Positions 18,762-28,800 of a stretch of 64,000 nucleotides of DNA are shown one piece after another. The DNA comes from Gammaproteobacteria bacterium (GTDB lineage Bacteria > Pseudomonadota > Gammaproteobacteria > Eutrophobiales > Eutrophobiaceae). A program made the translations under genes and the position numbers. The stretch covers positions 28,649-92,648 of the forward strand of contig JAPPLI010000130.1 of the NCBI GenBank assembly GCA_028819495.1, in the 5' to 3' direction. A model generated the notes under the pieces. It had not been told where the DNA came from. It worked only from the letters and a program-made list of their open reading frames with translations, and did not search any database. How positions within the stretch are numbered: the stretch's first letter is position 1; every line of letters begins with the position of its first letter.

Positions 18762-19615
18762 TCGATGTTTTGTACCTGCTCGCGCATCTGTTCGATCAGC
18801 ACCTTGAGTTCAATCGATGCGTTGCTGGTATCGACGTGGGCAGACTTGGAACCCAGGGTGTTGGCCTCGCGGTTCATTTCCTGCATCAGGAAATCCAGGC
18901 GCCTGCCCATGGGTTCGGTTTCCGCCAGCACCCGCCTGACTTCGTTGATATGTGTCTCCAGGCGGTCCAGTTCCTCATCCACGTCCAGTTTCTGTGACAA
19001 CAGGGCGATCTCCTGCTCCACCCGGCCGTTATCCAGTTCAATGTTGAGTTCCCGGATCCGTTCCATTTGGCGTTCGCTGAGTGCGGTAATGATTTCCGGC
19101 ACCTTTGTCCGCATCTGTGAGACCTGGTCCAGGGCAAGCCCGCAACGGTCTTCGATCATCCGGCCGGTTTTCTCTCCTTCCCGGAGCCGGTTGTCGACAA
19201 TGTCCTGCAGCGCGCTGTCCAGCAGGACGAGCAGGCATGCGCCGGTTTGTTCCAGGTCGGGCGTATTCTTCTCGATCACGCCGGGCCAGCGCAGGATGTC
19301 GACCGGGTTGAGCGGGGCGGGGTTATCGACGGGCAGGCTGCGGGATGCCTGGATGATTTTTTCGGTGAGCCTGGTGTTGACGGCAATATTGTCCAGGGTG
19401 GAGTCCGCATCGTAGCGCAGGTTGCATTCCACCTTGCCGCGCTTGAGCCGGTCCGATATGCGTTCCCTGACGCCGCTTTCCAGGACGCGTAATTCCTCGG
19501 GCAAGCGGATTGAAACATCGAGGTAGCGGTGGTTTACCGTGCGGATTTCCCACACCGCATGGCCCCATTCGCCGGAGTCCTCCAGCCGGGCAAAAGCAGT
19601 CATGCTGGAAACCAT
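18758..19615 (-). CDS. yicC: YicC family stress-induced protein (endoribonuclease YicC)
   Basis: 285 aa. SMTAFAR...WEIRTVNHRYLD...REANTLGSKS are YicC signatures. ATGA overlap with the downstream peptidase start. Confidence 0.85.
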   Translation of the reverse strand: MVSSMTAFARLEDSGEWGHAVWEIRTVNHRYLDVSIRLPEELRVLESGVRERISDRLKRGKVECNLRYDADSTLDNIAVNTRLTEKIIQASRSLPVDNPAPLNPVDILRWPGVIEKNTPDLEQTGACLLVLLDSALQDIVDNRLREGEKTGRMIEDRCGLALDQVSQMRTKVPEIITALSERQMERIRELNIELDNGRVEQEIALLSQKLDVDEELDRLETHINEVRRVLAETEPMGRRLDFLMQEMNREANTLGSKSAHVDTSNASIELKVLIEQMREQVQNIE

Positions 19616-19663
19616 TCGTATCCTCTTTCAGTGGTCAATGACAGCAACTGTCTTTCTTCACGG

Positions 19664-20854
19664 TTATTTCTTCCACAGGGTTACTTTGAAATAATCTTCA
19701 GTTGCTTCAAAATCCGGTTCCGTGCCGTTGTGTTTTTTCATCAAGGGTATAACTTTCTGGCGGATACCCATTCCCTGGTGTTCTACGTAACCATAGTCCC
19801 TGAATATTCTGGTAGTATGAGGATTACGTTGAATTGTCACGCCATTTTTCATCTTTTCGACTGTCATCCCATTTGGTAAGGAACCAGGACTAACGATTTC
19901 AAGACGGTCAGAGTACGCAACCACGCGCACATAATCCTGTTTAGTCCAGTCTCGATGGACCAGCGCATTTATCAAGAGCTCTCTGACTGTTTCTTCAGGG
20001 TAATCCCACATTCGTCTGCGCGTCATTCCCTCTAGCTGTTCACGACTGATGTATTCTTTTATTTGTGGGTTTCCGTGCAGTGGAGGTTCAACGGGTTCAT
20101 TGTTTTGGAGGTCTCCCCGGTATTCCATTAAGGGCAGGTTGAAGATTTTGTCAAACCTGGAACTGTAGTCCTTATCTGCTCCTTCATATACGGTCAGTCT
20201 TAACCCGGCTTGCGGCAGTCTTAGTTGCGGTGATCTGGCAAATAAAGCGTAGGCGAAATAACTGCAAAAGAGGCTAGTGTGTTCACCCACCAGGAAACTG
20301 TGATCTGCCAGCAGGCCTTGTACATCAGTTTGCTGATGCCGCAGAATTCTCTTGAAATACTCGTTATAACGCCGCTCATCCAGATCTGCGAGTGAGGAAC
20401 CATAAACGGGTAATTTCTCTGCTGACAGCAATCCCCCCGTATCAAATAACCTAGCTTGCTGTTCGCGCCCGGCTAACTGACAAGTATCGCCGTAGCGCAC
20501 GTAGATATCTTCACGGTCATTATGTCGAAGCACATAAGGCTTACCGGTACCCTGGTGAATTTTGACGACTGCCACTCTATATTCATCAACAGCTACTTCT
20601 TCATAATCCGGCAAGACAAAGGGATGCACGTGTCTACCAATCACCGTATCCATCAGCCATGCCTGAAGATTTTCCCTGTGAATGCCAGTTATAAGACCAT
20701 CATTTTCGACACCAACCAATATAGTTCCGCCGTTCATGTTGGCAAAGGCAACAATTTCCTTTGCCATTGTTTCGGGACGTACGTCATCCCGTTTGAAATC
20801 CAGCTTTGCGCCTTCTTTCTGGTTGAGAAGGGTCAATAGTTCACTTGGTAGCAT
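19664..20854 (-). CDS. AlbA_2 (Schlafen-like) domain protein with a C-terminal HATPase_c_4/wHTH-like region
   Basis: N-terminus EGAKLDFKRD...AKEIVAFANMNGGTILVGVENDG (AlbA_2). C-terminus ELLINALVHRDW...RLEIVSPGSLPNGMT...RNP...IFRDYGYVEHQGMGI. Starts 9 nt downstream of the PHP-ATPase stop. Confidence 0.7.
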   Translation of the reverse strand: MLPSELLTLLNQKEGAKLDFKRDDVRPETMAKEIVAFANMNGGTILVGVENDGLITGIHRENLQAWLMDTVIGRHVHPFVLPDYEEVAVDEYRVAVVKIHQGTGKPYVLRHNDREDIYVRYGDTCQLAGREQQARLFDTGGLLSAEKLPVYGSSLADLDERRYNEYFKRILRHQQTDVQGLLADHSFLVGEHTSLFCSYFAYALFARSPQLRLPQAGLRLTVYEGADKDYSSRFDKIFNLPLMEYRGDLQNNEPVEPPLHGNPQIKEYISREQLEGMTRRRMWDYPEETVRELLINALVHRDWTKQDYVRVVAYSDRLEIVSPGSLPNGMTVEKMKNGVTIQRNPHTTRIFRDYGYVEHQGMGIRQKVIPLMKKHNGTEPDFEATEDYFKVTLWKK

Positions 20855-20863
20855 TAGTTAGCT

Positions 20864-23548
20864 CTAAAATCCGTATTTTCTCTTGCGCATTTCAAAGGCT
20901 GCTTTGCCGCCTTCCAATATCTCTGCTGCTTTTTCACGTATTGCCGGTTTATCGATAGAACCCTCTTCAAAACTCCCAGCATCTCTGTTACTTTCTAAAA
21001 CCGCAATCAACTCAGCGTCGCCAAATACGGGAATATTCGCATTATGGGTAGCAAACAAGAATTGCCTGTTTGTTTTGAACTTTCGTAAATCCTGCACTAT
21101 ACGGTTTGCGATAAAGGCATTATCCAAGTTATCTTCCGGTTGGTCGATAATTAGGGGATCATCTCTACTCAACAACAATAAGTTCAGAATAGCGGTACAT
21201 TTTTGCCCGATAGAAAGCATATTTAATGGTACAAAATGTTCTTCGGCATCCTCATGTGCGGTGTTGAGTTCAATTTCCACGGTATCCATGAGTTCAATTT
21301 CTTCCAATTCCAGGCATTGCTCAGGTTCAAGGCTGCACAATTTATCCGCCACGCTCAGGGTCATTCCTAATGGTTTGTATGCGTTCAGAAAAGCATCTGA
21401 GTTACTTTCTTTAATCCACTTAGCCCATTGAATCAAGTCCAAGTTGTCGCGCGCATGTTCTAACCATTCAATTTTTGTTGTCCCAATTCCACTCAAGCTG
21501 AGTAAAAAAGTTTTGAGATTATCCAGGTTGCCCTTCTGTTTGATAGCAATTCTTACTTTTCCTTCCAATTGTTTGTTGACTTCTTTTGTGGATTTATCCA
21601 TGGCAGAGTATCGAGAAAAGGCCAGATTTCGATAATCTTCCAGCAAATTGTCACGTTCTGACCTGAGTTCTCCGAGGATCTTTCCCTGATTCTCATGAGT
21701 CCGTTTTAGCCTTTCAACTTTTGTTAGTTGCGCAATTATATTGGTATATTCTGAACCTAACTGACTACCGGTTTTGCCAGCTTGTTCGGGTAACTGAGCA
21801 ATTGCATTGTTTAAATCATCACGAACGCTATCTCGTTTTTCATCCCATTTCAGGAGCACACCATGATATTCCGATTTGGCGCTTGTAACAGCTTCATTAG
21901 CTTTTTGAACCAGCATATCAATAGCATTCTTCAGGTTTACAACAATCCTTACTGCTTCTTCAATGATCTCAGCACTTGGTAAGTTTTTTATATTCTCGTC
22001 CTGAAGGAACGCAAGATCAAAAACTTCCCGGTAGTTTTCCAACCAGCCATCGATGGTATTCAGTTGCTCCTCAATATTTTTTTGAATATTCTTTTCACGT
22101 TCAATTAAACGAACATTTTTCAATTTTTCTTCTATGCCGAGTTTTTTGAATTGTTCAACCTGTTCTTTAAGTTTTGCTTCTTTCGCGACCTCCGTATCAA
22201 GACGCTCATGCTCATTGGTTGCCTCGAGGAGCTGTTCCCGGTTTTTTTTCAGTTTGTTTTTGATTTCGCCAATACGCTGTTTAAACTGCTCACTGTTAGA
22301 TAAAAAGCGGCTCGTGAGGTCGAGCTTTGCCTTTTCATCTTTCTCGATTTCAAGTATTTCATTTTGTCCCAGGATTTCGATATCTGGCAAGATTTCGTCA
22401 GGCCGTAGATAAGACACCTCGTTCTGCTCACTCTTCACTACCGGTTGCTCACCATATCGTCTGCTGATGCTATAGATATTTCCATTTTGAGCCTTTGAGC
22501 GTGCTTGCAAAATAACTTGAGAATCTCTCAAAGTAGTTCTACGTAGGCTGTCTTTCTCGTCTCCGCCTCGAGTCGGCGCATCTAAAACATATCTGATACT
22601 CTCAATCAGGGTGGATTTCCCGGCACCTCGACCACCGATTACTACATTTAAATTTTGGGAGAAAGTCAGACTTTTTTCTCTGAAAAAGCCAGCGCCGCGC
22701 CATTGAATGGATTCAATTATGGAATAAGGCTGCTCTGGCACATCATGATTAAGACGAATTCTTGATTCAGGATCTAAAAAAGCCTGTTTGAACGCCTCAA
22801 AATTGGCATCTGTCATTTTGATTAAACAGGAAGCAGATTTGTGTTTCAGATGATCCGGGTCCTTAATATCTTTTGCGTTAATGATTGCAATTGGCTTATC
22901 TCGCCGATAGTCGGGATTTTTGTTTTCAATAATCTCTCGATATTTTTTTAATTCTTCTTGTACTTCCTGCAAATCTTCTATCCTTCCAGGAATTTGCCCG
23001 GCTATGACGAGTTCCTCTTTCTTCCATAATTGAACATAATTCCCGCCACTACCATCCAACTTCAGCAGCCCATTTCTTCCGGTCATGTGTGCGGCGTACC
23101 AAAAACCTCCTTGAGTATTTATCACTTTACCGGCGATTTGCTCACAACTTAGTGAGGATGGATGAGTTGGCTCTTGGTCAAGTTTGGCGCTGTTTTCCCC
23201 CATCAACTGCCCAAGGTTTTGGTTGAGAGTTGCCAAGGAGCTATTTTCAGGATACAGACATACCATATGAATTTTTTCAGAACTGGCAATCTCGAATCCT
23301 GGAAACACGGCGATTCCATTTGTTGTCAAAAAATTCTGTAGTTCTTCTGAATCCTCAACTCTGCCATGATCAGCAAGCCCCACGACTTCAATTTCGTTAG
23401 CTTGGCATTGCTGCAAAATTTTCTGGTTGTAGTTCGCCTCGTCTTGAGTTTCTTCACCGCGATACTGGTTATAACTATATGGATTCACCTGCAAGGCGCA
23501 CTTGTAAAATCGGGCGCCTTGATAGGTATCCAGGTTTTCGTTATTCAT
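20864..23548 (-). CDS. PHP-domain phosphoesterase fused to an ABC/SMC-like ATPase (PplA-like candidate defence protein)
   Basis: 894 aa. N-terminal PHP motifs (VVGLADHGRV, GFEIASSEKIHMVCLY); Walker A GGRGAGKST; a long coiled-coil region; signature-like LSIGQKCTA; Walker B LIIDQPEDNLD; H-loop FATHNANI. Confidence 0.7.
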   Translation of the reverse strand: MNNENLDTYQGARFYKCALQVNPYSYNQYRGEETQDEANYNQKILQQCQANEIEVVGLADHGRVEDSEELQNFLTTNGIAVFPGFEIASSEKIHMVCLYPENSSLATLNQNLGQLMGENSAKLDQEPTHPSSLSCEQIAGKVINTQGGFWYAAHMTGRNGLLKLDGSGGNYVQLWKKEELVIAGQIPGRIEDLQEVQEELKKYREIIENKNPDYRRDKPIAIINAKDIKDPDHLKHKSASCLIKMTDANFEAFKQAFLDPESRIRLNHDVPEQPYSIIESIQWRGAGFFREKSLTFSQNLNVVIGGRGAGKSTLIESIRYVLDAPTRGGDEKDSLRRTTLRDSQVILQARSKAQNGNIYSISRRYGEQPVVKSEQNEVSYLRPDEILPDIEILGQNEILEIEKDEKAKLDLTSRFLSNSEQFKQRIGEIKNKLKKNREQLLEATNEHERLDTEVAKEAKLKEQVEQFKKLGIEEKLKNVRLIEREKNIQKNIEEQLNTIDGWLENYREVFDLAFLQDENIKNLPSAEIIEEAVRIVVNLKNAIDMLVQKANEAVTSAKSEYHGVLLKWDEKRDSVRDDLNNAIAQLPEQAGKTGSQLGSEYTNIIAQLTKVERLKRTHENQGKILGELRSERDNLLEDYRNLAFSRYSAMDKSTKEVNKQLEGKVRIAIKQKGNLDNLKTFLLSLSGIGTTKIEWLEHARDNLDLIQWAKWIKESNSDAFLNAYKPLGMTLSVADKLCSLEPEQCLELEEIELMDTVEIELNTAHEDAEEHFVPLNMLSIGQKCTAILNLLLLSRDDPLIIDQPEDNLDNAFIANRIVQDLRKFKTNRQFLFATHNANIPVFGDAELIAVLESNRDAGSFEEGSIDKPAIREKAAEILEGGKAAFEMRKRKYGF

Positions 23549-23563
23549 GTCTTAGCTATTGCC

Positions 23564-23632
23564 GGGGTCAGAGTAAAATGCTTGAGTCCAGCGGCACAAC
23601 CCGCCAGATTGCTTGCATTTTACTCCGACCCC
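23564..23632. repeat. Type-1 palindromic repeat (long-loop variant)
   Basis: ggggtcagagtaaaatgc ...33 nt... gcattttactccgacccc, with one arm mismatch. Confidence 0.85.
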
Positions 23633-23769
23633 CTATATTTGGCAAAAGTTAGCGGGAGCCGCTGAGATACGAGTGGCTGCTGAAAACAGGACACGGAGAT
23701 AGCATGGAGACCGTTTTTCAGTTCTATTAATCAAAAGGTTATAATGGCGGAGAATACCCGGTTCAATTG

Positions 23770-23941
23770 GAGATTACCCATGCGCGCCAGTGGAGGCGAA
23801 CTGATAGAGATCCAGGGCACCGCGGAAGGTCATCCGTTTACCTTCGCCGAACTGGAACAGATGCTGGCGCTGGCCAGGACGGGCATCGAAAGCCTGTTTG
23901 CCATCCAGACCGCGGCGCTCAGCTTTCAGCGACCGGACTAA
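23770..23941 (+). pseudogene. rph: RNase PH, C-terminal relic only (about the last 55 codons)
   Basis: [47 protein letters not shown] aligns with the E. coli RNase PH C-terminus ([43 protein letters not shown], recalled from memory). The N-terminal ~180 codons are absent. Confidence 0.75.
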
Positions 23942-23957
23942 ATTTTACTCCGGCCCC
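23941..23957. repeat. Type-1 repeat half-site
   Basis: aattttactccggcccc, immediately after the rph relic stop. Confidence 0.6.
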
Positions 23958-23970
23958 ATAATATCGTCCG

Positions 23971-24582
23971 ATGAACAACAGGGAAATCGTAGTAGCCAGC
24001 GCCAACCAGGGTAAACTGAGGGAGTTTTCCCAGTTGTTTTCCGCGTGGCGAATCCGTGTTCTGCCGCAATCGGAGTTTGCTGTGCCTGCTGTTGCGGAAA
24101 CCGGAACAAGCTTTGAGGAAAACGCACTGCTCAAGGCGCGTCACGGCGCAGCCCATGCCCGGCATCCCGTCATTGCCGATGATTCCGGTATTGAAGTGGA
24201 CGTATTGAACGGCGAGCCGGGCATATATTCAGCGCGTTATGCCGGTGCAGGCGCCTCGGACGCCGACAACCTGGCCCTGCTGTTGCGCAATATTCAGGCC
24301 GCTGGCGCGCGTCATCCTTCAGCCAGATTCCGTTGTGTGATCGTTTATGTGCGCAGCCCCGATGACGCGGAACCCCTGGTCGCGCAAGGGATCTGGGAAG
24401 GCTACATCGTCGATAAACCGGCGGGCAGTAACGGGTTCGGGTATGATCCGGTATTTCATGTACCGAGCCACGGCTGTACTTCGGCCGAGTTGCCGCCGCT
24501 GGTCAAGAATGCCGTCAGCCACAGGGGGCAGGCCCTGCGCAATCTGGTGGAACTGATGAAAGAGGCAAAAGCATTTGAATAG
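23971..24582 (+). CDS. rdgB: dITP/XTP pyrophosphatase (Ham1 family)
   Basis: 203 aa. IVVASANQGKLREF...EETG.SFEENA..KA...DDSG..VD.L.G.PG.YSARY are RdgB motifs. Confidence 0.9.
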   Translation: MNNREIVVASANQGKLREFSQLFSAWRIRVLPQSEFAVPAVAETGTSFEENALLKARHGAAHARHPVIADDSGIEVDVLNGEPGIYSARYAGAGASDADNLALLLRNIQAAGARHPSARFRCVIVYVRSPDDAEPLVAQGIWEGYIVDKPAGSNGFGYDPVFHVPSHGCTSAELPPLVKNAVSHRGQALRNLVELMKEAKAFE

Positions 24583-25702
24583 ATCTGAATCAAGGCGAAA
24601 CAGGGCGGAGATCAATCCAAATCCGCTGTGCCTACTTGTCCTGCTGCTCGCGGGGGGGGGTGCCCTCGCGCAGGACAACAGGGCGATACCGGTCAAGGTC
24701 ATGCGGCCCGTCGTCGCGCCCGTGTACGAGGAACTGCCGCTGACCGGCAGCGTCACCACCCGCCGTCAGTCCCGGCTTTCTCCTGAAGTGGCCGGACTGG
24801 TTGCAAAGCTGTACGTGGACGAGGGGGACGAAGTAAACCGGGGCGATGCCTTGCTGGAACTGGACCGGGATATTGCGGTTATCGACAGGGACAGCGCCGC
24901 CGCGCGGGTAACGGAGGCGCAGGCCAGGTTGAAGGAGTCGCTGAGGCAGCAGAACGAAGCGGCGCAACTGATCGAGAAGAAACATATTCCGCCCACCAGG
25001 TATGAAGCTGCCAAGGCTACGGTTGCCATGGACAGGGCGGCGCTGGAACGCCTGAAAAAGGAACTGGAACGCCAGGAAGAGCTGGTCAGGCGCCATACCA
25101 TCAGCGCGCCCTTCGACGGCGTCATCACGCAGAAGATGGTGGAACAGGGCGAATGGGTCAAGATAGACACCCCGTTGTTTGAACTGACGGAGATAGGCCG
25201 GCTGCGGGTGAACGTGCCCGTCCCCCAGTTTTATTTTGATGACGTGCAGTTGGGTACCCCGGTGAGGCTTACCTTCGATGCCTACCCGGACCGGGAGTTC
25301 CATGCCGGCGTCACCATGAAAGTCCCGGAAAGCAGCGAGACGGCAAGGACTTTCCCGGTCAGGATAGACCTGGACAACAGCGAGCGCCTGATTGCGCCCG
25401 GCATGTCGGTGCGGGCGGTCTTCCAGCTTGGTAACGCCGGCGAAGCGGACACCCTGCTGCTGTCCCAGGACGCGCTGGTCAGGAAGCCGGACGGCAGCAA
25501 GTTGATCTGGGTCATACGGACCGATGGCGAAGGGATGAAGGCCAGCCAGGTCGCCGTGAGCACCGGCCGCGCCTACCGGGAGAACATTGAAATCACTGCC
25601 GGAGACGTCCGCGCCGGCGATCGCGTCGTGGTGCGCGGCAACGAGATCCTGCGCCCGGGACAACTCGTGGAGATAAAGGAAGAACTGGAACTGAATTTGT
25701 GA
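24575..25702 (+). CDS. RND efflux periplasmic adaptor (MFP)
   Basis: 375 aa with a signal/lipobox-like N-terminus, a coiled-coil hairpin and barrel domains typical of HlyD/AcrA-family adaptors. There is no ATG near the 5' end; the ORF-track start is a TTG overlapping the rdgB stop, so the start is uncertain. Confidence 0.75.
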   Translation: MNRSESRRNRAEINPNPLCLLVLLLAGGGALAQDNRAIPVKVMRPVVAPVYEELPLTGSVTTRRQSRLSPEVAGLVAKLYVDEGDEVNRGDALLELDRDIAVIDRDSAAARVTEAQARLKESLRQQNEAAQLIEKKHIPPTRYEAAKATVAMDRAALERLKKELERQEELVRRHTISAPFDGVITQKMVEQGEWVKIDTPLFELTEIGRLRVNVPVPQFYFDDVQLGTPVRLTFDAYPDREFHAGVTMKVPESSETARTFPVRIDLDNSERLIAPGMSVRAVFQLGNAGEADTLLLSQDALVRKPDGSKLIWVIRTDGEGMKASQVAVSTGRAYRENIEITAGDVRAGDRVVVRGNEILRPGQLVEIKEELELNL

Positions 25703-25845
25703 TTTATCCGCAGATGACGCAGATGAACGCAGATTATTTTTTTAATTGTGAGTTGCTAAGATTCCGGTTCAAGAACCATGTAACTTCTTTAATGACAAAA
25801 AACTTTTATTTCATCTGCGGTAATCTGCGTCATCTGCGGATAAAT
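25702..25845. repeat. Type-2 MITE-like element (CGCAGAT/ATCTGCG repeats) with ~34-bp terminal inverted repeats
   Basis: Left arm atttatccgcagatgacgcagatgaacgcagatt; right arm catctgcggtaatctgcgtcatctgcggataaat. It fills the MFP-RND intergenic space. Confidence 0.85.
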
Positions 25846-25850
25846 TAAAC

Positions 25851-28800
25851 ATGTTCAGGTTTGCCATTGAGAAACCGCTGATTATCGCTGTCGCGGTGCT
25901 GATCATCTGCCTGTTCGGCCTGCTGGCCATCTTCCGCGTGCCCATCCAGATGATTCCCGACCTCGACGTCAGGGTCGTCACGGTGATTACCCAGTGGCCC
26001 GGCGCCACTCCCCAGGACGTGGAAAAGGAGATCATCATAGAGCAGGAGGAATACCTGCGGCGCATCCCCGGCCTGGAACGCATGATCTCCCAGGCCCGTA
26101 CCGGGCGCGCAGAGATCGAGCTGGAATTTCCCTACGGCGTTGAAATCAACGAAGTCCTGATCCGGGTCAACAACGCCCTGACCCAGGTGCCCGGCTACCC
26201 GGAAAACGTCGATGAGCCGCGCCTGGTCACCAGCACCGTCTCCAATAATCCGTTCCTTTTTTTCCTGGCCCGGCCCCTGCCGGGCAACCCGCAGAACGTG
26301 AACATGGTGGAAATGCGCGACTTCCTGGAGGACAACGTGCGCGTGCAGATTGAACGGGTGCCGGGCGTGTCGGAGGTGCGTATATGGGGCGGCGCGGAGC
26401 GTCAGATCAAGGTTTACGTGGATCCGGTCAAGCTGGCCGAGAGGCAGATCACGCTGTCCGAGGTCCGCAACGCCATCCGCGCGCGTAACCGGGACGTTTC
26501 CGGGGGCGACCTGGACAGCGGCAAACGTCGCTACCTGTTGCGCACGGTGGGCCGTTTCTCCACCACGGAAGATATTGAAAACATGGTCATCGCCCATCGC
26601 GACGGCGTATTTATCCGCCTGCGCGACCTGGGTTATGCGGAGTTGTCCACCTTTGAAATCCAATCCTACTCCTACGCCAACGGAACACCCAACATCAGCC
26701 TGGGGGTGCGCCGGCAGATCGGTTCCAACGTGGTGGAAGTCAAGGAGGACGTGGTGAAAAAGGTGGAACAGCTCAACGACGGCCTGCTCAAGGAGCGCGG
26801 CCTGTACATGGTGCTGAATGCCGATGACGTGAAGTACGTCACCGATTCCGTGGTGAATGTGCGCAAGAACCTGGTTATCGGCGCCCTGCTGGCTACCATC
26901 GTCCTATTCCTGTTCCTGAGAACGCCTTCCGCCACCCTTATCGGCGCCATCGGCATACCCATCTGCACACTCGCCGCGTTTCTCGGCCTGCTGGTCAGCG
27001 GACGCACCATCAACGTGATCTCCCTGGCCGGCGTCGCTTTTGCCATCGGCATGACCCTGGATAACAGCATCGTGGTGCTGGAGAACATTTACCGGCACAT
27101 GGCTTCCGGCAAGCAGCGCCGGCGCGCCGCTATCGACGGGGTGACCGAGGTATGGCCGGCGCTGCTGGCATCCACACTGACCACGGTGCTGGTATTCCTC
27201 CCCATCATCTTCATCAAGCAGGAAGCCGGGCAGTTGTATTCCGATATCGCCGTTGCCATTTCCGCATCCATACTGATGTCGTTGCTGGTCGCGACCCTGG
27301 TGGTGCCGACCCTGTGCAGCCGTTTTCTCACGCCGAACAGGGTTGAAATGTCCGCCAGTTCCGGCCTGTACGCCGGGGGACAACGGTTCGGCGCGGCGCT
27401 GCTCCGGTTCGTCAACTGGTTGATGGAGACGGTGGCCCGGCGGCTGGCCCTGGTGGCCGTGGTCGCCTGCGTCACCCTGCTGATTTTTGCGTCCATCCCC
27501 AAGGCGGAATACCTGCCGGAAGGCGAGGAACCGAAGATGTTTGTCCAGATGTACGCGCCGCCCGGATACAACATCGATGAGATGCACGGCATCTTCAAGG
27601 ACCTGGAAGCGTACCTGCTGCCGTATGTCGGCCAGGACCCGGAACTGTACGCCAGGAGGGAATCCGGACTGCCCGGCCTGAAATACGTAATCGGGTATGC
27701 CAGTGCTTCCCGTAACATTGTGATCCCGGAGGTGACGGACATCGGACAGGCCAACGACCTGCTGGATCTCATCGTGGAGAAGATCAGGGAAATCCCGGGC
27801 GTACACGCGTTTGCCTCCCGCGGTTCCATTTTCTCCAGCAACTGGGGCGGTTCCAGGAGCATCAACCTGGAGTTGAGTGGCGCCGACCTGGTGCCCTTGT
27901 TCGACGCCGGACTCAAGGCCTTTGTCCAGGCGCAATCCGTGTTTGAGAACCCGCAGATCCGCCCGGAACCCTCCACCCTGGCCCTGGGCCAGCCCCTGGT
28001 GGAGGTGCGCCCCGACTGGGAGCGCGCCAGCGAACTGGGCCTGGACGTGGGCGACCTGGGTTACAGCATCTGGGCCTTCTCGGACGGGGCATTCGTTGAC
28101 GAGTTCTTCCTGGGCGACGAGAAAATTGACATCTTCCTGTATTCCACCCAAGGCACGATCCGGCAACCGGAGGATGTGGCCGACATCATGCTGTACTCCC
28201 CCACGGGCGGCATGGTGCCGCTCAGCGCGGTGGCGGCGGTGCGCCAGACCGTGAATACCGAGACCATCCGCCGGGTCGACAGCAGCAGGACCATCACCCT
28301 GGGCATCGTCCCGCCGCGGGACATCCCGCTGGAGCAGGGGGTGGACATGGTGCGGCGCGGCGTCATCGACGAGTTGCGCGCTAGCGGCGAGATCGGGGAC
28401 GACATCGCCATGCGCATCACCGGGGCCAGCGATCTGCTCAGCGCGACCCGCAACGCCCTGAAGGGGAACTTCATCGTGGCGGTATTCATCTCGTACCTGT
28501 TGCTGGTGGCCATCTTCTCCCACTGGGGTTATCCGCTGCTGGTGATGACCACCGTTCCCGTCGGCATCGGCGGAGGGTTGATCGGCCTGTGGCTGCTGAA
28601 CGCCATAGGCGGCAACCTGTCATTGCTGGGACTGTCGGATATCTACCAGCCCTTCGATGTGATCACCATGCTCGGTTTCCTGATCCTCATCGGCACCGTG
28701 GTGAACAACCCGATCCTGATCATCGATCGTACCATGCGCAACGTCAGGACCAGTGGCATGGCATCGATTGACGCGGTGATGGAAAGCGTGCGCGCCCGGC

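Noticed and set aside
4675-23548. Integrase, transposase or recombinase genes that would explain the first two AT-rich insertions.
   Set aside because: I scanned all ORFs of at least 60 aa on both strands in and around the islands. None shows tyrosine/serine recombinase or DDE transposase motifs, so no mobile-element call is made for these two insertions.
23744-23941. The 65-aa ORF MAENTRF... as a genuine small protein.
   Set aside because: Its C-terminal 50 residues align with the C-terminus of RNase PH and the N-terminal part is unrelated, so it is a truncated rph relic. Residual expression cannot be excluded.
25702-25845. CGCAGAT-type repeats as a CRISPR array.
   Set aside because: The units are 7-9 nt, irregular and arranged as inverted arms with no uniform spacers. 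There are no cas genes in the window.
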